Shown here one piece after another: positions 58,493 through 64,000 of a stretch of DNA of 64,000 bases (within the stretch, counting starts at the first letter, position 1; every line of letters begins with the position of its first letter). The notes beneath the pieces were generated by a model. That model ran no database searches and was not told the DNA's origin. It was given only the letters and a program-made list of their open reading frames with translations. The translations under genes and the position numbers were made by a program. The DNA is from Patescibacteria group bacterium (GTDB taxonomy: Bacteria > Patescibacteriota > Gracilibacteria > BD1-5 > UBA2023): the NCBI GenBank assembly GCA_031539225.1, contig JAVKLJ010000003.1:11069-75068 (forward strand), written 5' to 3'.

Positions 58493-59026
58493 TTATAGCG
58501 ATTCATTTTGCGATTTTCAACGATATTCATGTATAAAGCTATTGATTTTTCTCGCATTTTCTATCGGATGAGGTGCATATAGCACTATCATATCAGAATG
58601 CTCGCTCGCAGTATGAATATGCACATGTCAGTATCAAAAAATTGTTTGAAATACGCCCGAAGTTTCAGCATTGACCTCTTGTACTCTATCTATTCCGCAT
58701 TCACTGACTTTTCTTGATAAAGCTCATATTTGTTCTATTCATATAACTCGTTCACTCGTGATGATAAATAAATCGAGTTCATCGTTTATCCATGAAAGAA
58801 ATATAAAAGTTAGAAAAAGTATCCAATACAGACTCATAGATCACCAAAATAATGCCCCACCAAATATCTGTATAATCCCATCTTTCATGAGAAATATAAT
58901 TCATGATGAAATAATGAGGAAGAGAATATAAAATATTTTAAATACAAAAACAATCCAGTGTCTATGGAGTACAATTCAGATTTTTTCTGAATCTTTTAGG
59001 AATGGGACACTTTCTTTTTTGATCAT
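58493..59026 (-). CDS. membrane protein with a bacterial PH (bPH_2/YdbT-like) domain
   Basis: EKIGIVLHRHWIVF, then two transmembrane helices, then ERVIGIEQ...VQEVN. TAA stop at 58493-58495. Confidence 0.55.
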
Positions 59027-59568
59027 GTTATATGAGGAGGTTTGAAATAAATCGGACTCAGTCTCTCTTCGTTTTTCTTTCTTTTGAAAAATAGGAGTAT
59101 TTCATCAGGATTTTCTTCATATTCTATGAAAGTTTTTTTGTCTGTAAAATCTTTTCCAGAAGAAAATCATATGTATTTTCCAAGAGGGAGATTTTCTGGA
59201 GAGAATATCTTCTCAGATTCATCTATTTTGCAGATATATTCACTTGGATTTATCTGCAGTAGCGGTATTCATTTTTGTGTATCTATAATATCAAATATAT
59301 GACATCATTTAAGTTTTATATCTTTGCTGAATGCGAGAGTATTGACCGTCAGTGTCACCGTACGCATGAGAGTAAAGGCTCAGGGTCAAAGAATACACCA
59401 TACTTCTTTGATATTATATTTTTCGACAACTTCGACAATATGCCCTGGAAATGTCGAAGATGCGTTGACTGTATCAAGTTCATTTTTTGTGATAAGAGTA
59501 GTTCACTCAAAAACTAAAAGCCGGATTTTGGTCGCAAGGGGATTGATATAGAGAGAAAAAGTATCCAT
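58996..59568 (-). CDS. tsaB: TsaB-like t6A biosynthesis protein
   Basis: ILGPGAFTLMRTVTLTVNTLAF matches the GPGSFTGLRIG core. Overlaps the next gene by 31 nt. Confidence 0.55.
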
Positions 59569-59572
59569 AAAA

Positions 59573-61084
59573 TTAGGTTCATCGATATGAGAGTGCCTCA
59601 AGTATATGTTTTCATTCGACAAATTCAACATTATCTATATCTGCTATCGTACGAGCAACGCGGAGTATCCTATAGTATACTCGAGTTGAGAGTTTGAGTT
59701 TTTCTGTCGAAGATATGGCGATAGAAATTGCTTCTTCTTTTATTGATGCGAGTTTTTCTATGTCGATGTTCGACATTTCAGAGTTTGAGTGAATCTTTTT
59801 GCCAGAGAATCGAATTGCTTGTTTTGCACGAGCTTGCATCACGATTTCTTTCATTTGTTTGCTCGACATACTTCCTTTCTTGGCTCAAAGTTCTCCTACT
59901 TTTACTCGTGGAACCTGTATAAAAATGTCTACTCTATCGAGAATCGGGCCAGAGAGGCGAGACCGATATCGTTCGATCGCGAGTGGCGAACATATACAGG
60001 GTTTTTCAGGATCCCCCATAAATCAGCATGGACATGGGTTCATTGCACCGACGAGTGAAAATCGAGCTGGATACTTACATGATTGATTGACCCGATTGAT
60101 GGTGATTTCGCCATCTTCGATAGGCTGTCTGAGTGTTTCTAGAAGTGATTTACTAAATTCTAGAAATTCATCGAGAAAAAGGACTCACTTATGGGCGAGG
60201 GATATTTCACCTGGTTTTGAGTCTCGTCATCATCCGATGACAGATGCTTCACTCGCTGTATGGTGAATGATGCGAAATGGGCGATCTTCGACAAGTGGGA
60301 AGTTTTTTGTCAAAAGTCATGCTACCGAATATATTTTTGAAAGTTCAATCTTTTCCTCCAGATTCATATCAGGAAGTATGCCTGCAAGTGCCTTTCCGAG
60401 CATTGTTTTTCCAGATCCTGGAGGTCATTGCATGAGGATATTATGCCCGCCAGCTGCGGATATGAGGAGTGCTCTTTTTGCGTGTTCTTGTCCGATAATA
60501 TGTGAAAAATCCACATTATGAAAATGTGATAGGGAATTACTCTGTTTTTTATAGAGAGTTTTTTCGATTGATTTCTCTCCTGTGAGCATCGAGATACAGT
60601 CTTTTAGATTTTTTATACCGATAATGTCGACATCTGGTATGACAGATGCTTCCTCGGTATTGTCCATTGGCAAAAAAACTCGTTTTTTGCCGAGTTCTCT
60701 TGCGAGTATCGCAACAGGGAGTGCTCATTGTATGGAACGAACGGCTCCATCGAGTGCGAGTTCCCCGACAAAGAGTGATGATTCGAGGAGATCGTGTGAG
60801 AATTCTATCTCTTTTCCGAGGATTCAGAGGGCGATAGGGAGATCATAGAGTGGTCATTTTTTTCTGAGATCTGCTGGTGCGAGATTGACTGTGATGCGAG
60901 CTCAGCCAGGAAATGCATATCCAGAGTTTTTGATAGCACTGCGTACGCGTTCACGAGACTCTTGAATAGCAGTATCACCGAGTCATACAACCGTAAACTG
61001 TCACATGCCTGTGACGACATCAACCTCGACTTCTACGATATTTCCAGAGATTCATGAGAGTGATGCAGAGTAGAGTTTTTGCAT
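59573..61084 (-). CDS. comM: YifB/ComM Mg-chelatase-like ATPase
   Basis: [42 protein letters not shown]-terminal HILEALSYR reached only by reading TGA at 59612-59614 as Gly. Confidence 0.9.
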
Positions 61085-61246
61085 GAGAATATTTTAAGAT
61101 ATCCAGAAATATTATGAGAAAAATGAAAAAATAAAAGTCTTTTTTAATAAAAATAATTGTAACAAAAGTATAACATTTTGGCTTTGCATAAATAAAATGA
61201 GTGTATTCGCTTTTGCATAAAAGTATAAATTGATTATAAGTGTACC

Positions 61247-61948
61247 ATGCCTCTTTTTTTTCAAACATTCATCTGAGATGAAATTCTTTCTTGTTATTCA
61301 ACAACTGACGATATTTCCAAGCGGAAAATGTTTTTGCTCCATGGTGCATGACAATCTGATAAAAAGAGGCTTATTGGTATCTCAAAATGGTTTTCCGAAA
61401 GGGGAATTGAGGGTGTTGGTTTTGATTTTTCATGACATGGCGAAAGTACAAAAAATACCGTTTGATCAATCAAAAAAAGAGTTCTAGAAGCTGAGCATAT
61501 TATCGATAACTACTTTTCTCCTGAACAAGAGATTTTTATTTGTGCTTTTAGCATGAGTGGACAAGTGACATACGAGCTTCTGAGAAAGTTTGGTTCAAGA
61601 GTAAAAATATGTTTTCTTTGCGCACCTGCACTCTATCATAAAGATGCTATGAACATGCCTTTTTCGGAAGAATTTTCTCGCATTCTCCGTATGCCAGAAA
61701 GTTATAAAAATCATGGCGTGAATGATGTTTTGTCAGTTTATCGCGGAGATATAGTTATCATCATGGGAACTGAGGACAGTGTCATACCAAAAGATGTTCC
61801 TGATATTATCATAAAAGCACATACAGGATGAAAAAATAAAAAAATCATTCTCCAAAATGCTCCTCATATGCTGGCTGGTTGGACCATGAAATCTCCTGAA
61901 AATATGGAAAAATTATGTCAGACTATGCTGGATGAGATAAAAAAATAA
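61247..61948 (+). CDS. alpha/beta-fold hydrolase
   Basis: LLHGAGQS, FDFSGHGES, nucleophile elbow FSMSG. Confidence 0.65.
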
Positions 61949-62176
61949 ATTTTCCATTTCTCTTTTCCACCACTTTTTCTCCATCTGTAAAGCCAAAATA
62001 TACGACAATATTTTGTGAAATGTGAGCCATATGCTAATATGTTCAGTATGAAACACACTCTTTACGCTCTCATTTGATTTTTCTCGATATATTTCGATAC
62101 AGCATTTGCTATTTCGACCCGTGTAGCAACATCTACAGAAAAAGCAAAATCGTCTTTTTTTGATGATACTTTAAAT

Positions 62177-64000
62177 ATGTTTTCCCTTATAGGAAAGCAT
62201 GCCTGGGATATGATCATGTTTGTATTGATTGTATGGATTTTGCTTCGAATTATTCGACTGACATACGAAGTTCTCACGACTGATCGTATTGTCTATATGC
62301 GAATTACACTTCCTCGTGCAGATTCTAAACTCGATAAAGAAAAAGAAACAAAAAAAGACTTCAAGGAAAAGATTGGTATTATGACAGTTTTTTATAAGTC
62401 GATTCACAATATCACTCAATCGAGTGCCTGGGATACAGTCATGAATTTTATCTTTCGACATGCAAAAATCTCGTTTGAAATATTTTTTCATGATGGACAA
62501 GTACACTTCTATGTGGCAGGATACAAGGAACATGCGACTCTTCTTATACAGCAGATTACATCAAACTATCCTGATGCAGAAGTAAAAGTCATCCAGAAAA
62601 AAGATATGCCTGAGATCAAGCCTCTTGGCTATACTCTTCAAGCGGCTTCTATCGGAAAAAGAACAGATGATGTCTATCCAATAAAAACCTATAAATACTT
62701 TGAAGATGACCCACTTTCGAGTTTTACTAATAACTTTGGTTCTCTCAAAAAGACTGATGTTGCCTGTATGCAGTTTGTTCTCAAACCTCTTGGGCATAGC
62801 TGGAACAAAAAAGCTAAAAAAGCTGCAAGCCTCGTCGCCAAAGGTGAATATAAAAAATGAATCAAATTTGGGATTTTTGGAACAGCTCTTCATATTCTCA
62901 TTACACCGATTTCTTGGGTATTTTATCGTTTTCTCAAAAATGAAGAAACGAGTACCAATGCTCCTGGTGCATCAAGTGGTGACTCATATAAGATATTTAA
63001 TCAGGCAGAAACAGAGGCACAAAAAATGGTCGGTGAATCAGCAGGACAACCAGCTTTTCGTGGTTCTATACGCATTCTTGTATCTTCAGATACTCCATCA
63101 TCAGCAAAAAATGGACTTTCTACTCTTGTATCTGCGACAAATATATTTACTGATGAGTACAATAATCAGCTCGAAAATCCGCAAATGATAGAAGATCCAC
63201 TCAGGTTCATATTTACACCACTTCGGTATTTTGCGTATAGGTTTCGATTGGTATGAGTATTTCAAAATATCTCTGTATTTTCGACGGATGAACTCTCGAC
63301 CATGTTTCATTTTCCTGATATCCAATACAACAAATCGCCTATCATTTCGTGGCTCGACTATAAGATGCTTTCGACTCCACAAAACCTTAAAACACCAAAA
63401 GATCCACTTATTCTCAAGGACTATAAACGCGATACTGCTGGCAATATCTATACGCAAGATGGTTCTCTCCTCCAGGTAGATTCAAATAAAAACCTCAAAA
63501 GAGATTCAAATAAAAACCTCATTCTTCTTGATGGGACAACGATTCCATGTTTTACTGAGTGAGAAAATATAGGAAGACCAACTGATGAATGAAAGGTGCC
63601 AGTTCAGATGGATCAGCAGAGAAAACTCTGAGGGTTTCCACTCTATACAGATGCTGTTCTCATGTGATGGAATGAGTATCGAAATCAGAAAACGCCAATA
63701 TATTTTTCAAAAAAAGACAGAGGAAGACATCACTATATCATCGGTAAATCTGGTTGAGGTAAATCGGTATTTATCGGATACCTTGCTCGTCAGGATCTCT
63801 GGGCTGGAGCTGGACTTGGTGTGATTGACCCGCATGGGGATCTCGTAGAGGATATTATTGCCTATACACCAAAAGAACGCGCAAAAGATATGATTATCTT
63901 TGATCCTGCAGACTATGAACGACCAATGGGGCTCAATATGCTCGACATCATCGCGACGGATCCGGCACTTCGTTCTATAGAAAAAGATCGTGCAGCGCTC
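62177..64000 (+). CDS. second VirD4/TraG-like coupling-protein ATPase paralog (3' end outside the window)
   Basis: Same architecture as 30533-32971: transmembrane helix, RITLPRADSKLDKEKETKKDF, FHFP motif, Walker A GKSGGGKSV, VIDPHGDL. An in-frame ATG at 62048 would add a 43-aa signal-like extension. Confidence 0.7.

Overview
This is a gene-dense, low-GC chromosomal segment that is only coherent if TGA is read as glycine (translation table 25, as used by the candidate phyla radiation lineages Gracilibacteria and Absconditabacteria/SR1). In the standard-code ORF track almost every recognisable gene is split into same-frame pieces. The breaks are TGA codons at invariant Gly positions, for example the RecF Walker A motif, the subtilase GTSMAAP motif, the aminopeptidase GKGVTFDAGG motif, PAP2 SGH and SHMT YYGG. 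A tRNA with anticodon UCA and tRNA-Gly-like identity elements lies at 296-374. Re-read with TGA=Gly, nearly the whole window resolves into about 55 CDS and 5 tRNAs. Housekeeping genes include gatC, recF, rpsT-infC-rpmI-rplT, tlyA, pth, rpsA, pyrG, nusA, yidC-rnpA-rpmH, fmt, sufCB, rny, lgt, glyA, pepA, uvrA and trxB. The accessory and surface content is the interesting part. It includes a pilT / 1284-aa LamG-type giant protein / PilX-like module; dispersed DNA-uptake genes (short comEC, comF, comM); and a triple-repeat VirB2/TrbC-like pilin next to a VirD4/TraG-like ATPase, with a second paralog running off the 3' end. It also includes a TGA-free 967-aa S-layer-like protein behind a roughly 340-nt GC-enriched structured leader, a 1342-aa TGA-dense S8 protease that shares a Cys-containing anchoring module with the S-layer protein, and an orphan three-gene membrane cassette behind a repeat-rich intergenic region. 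All translations and folds were done by hand from the sequence. No database search was run, so family names are recognition-level calls.
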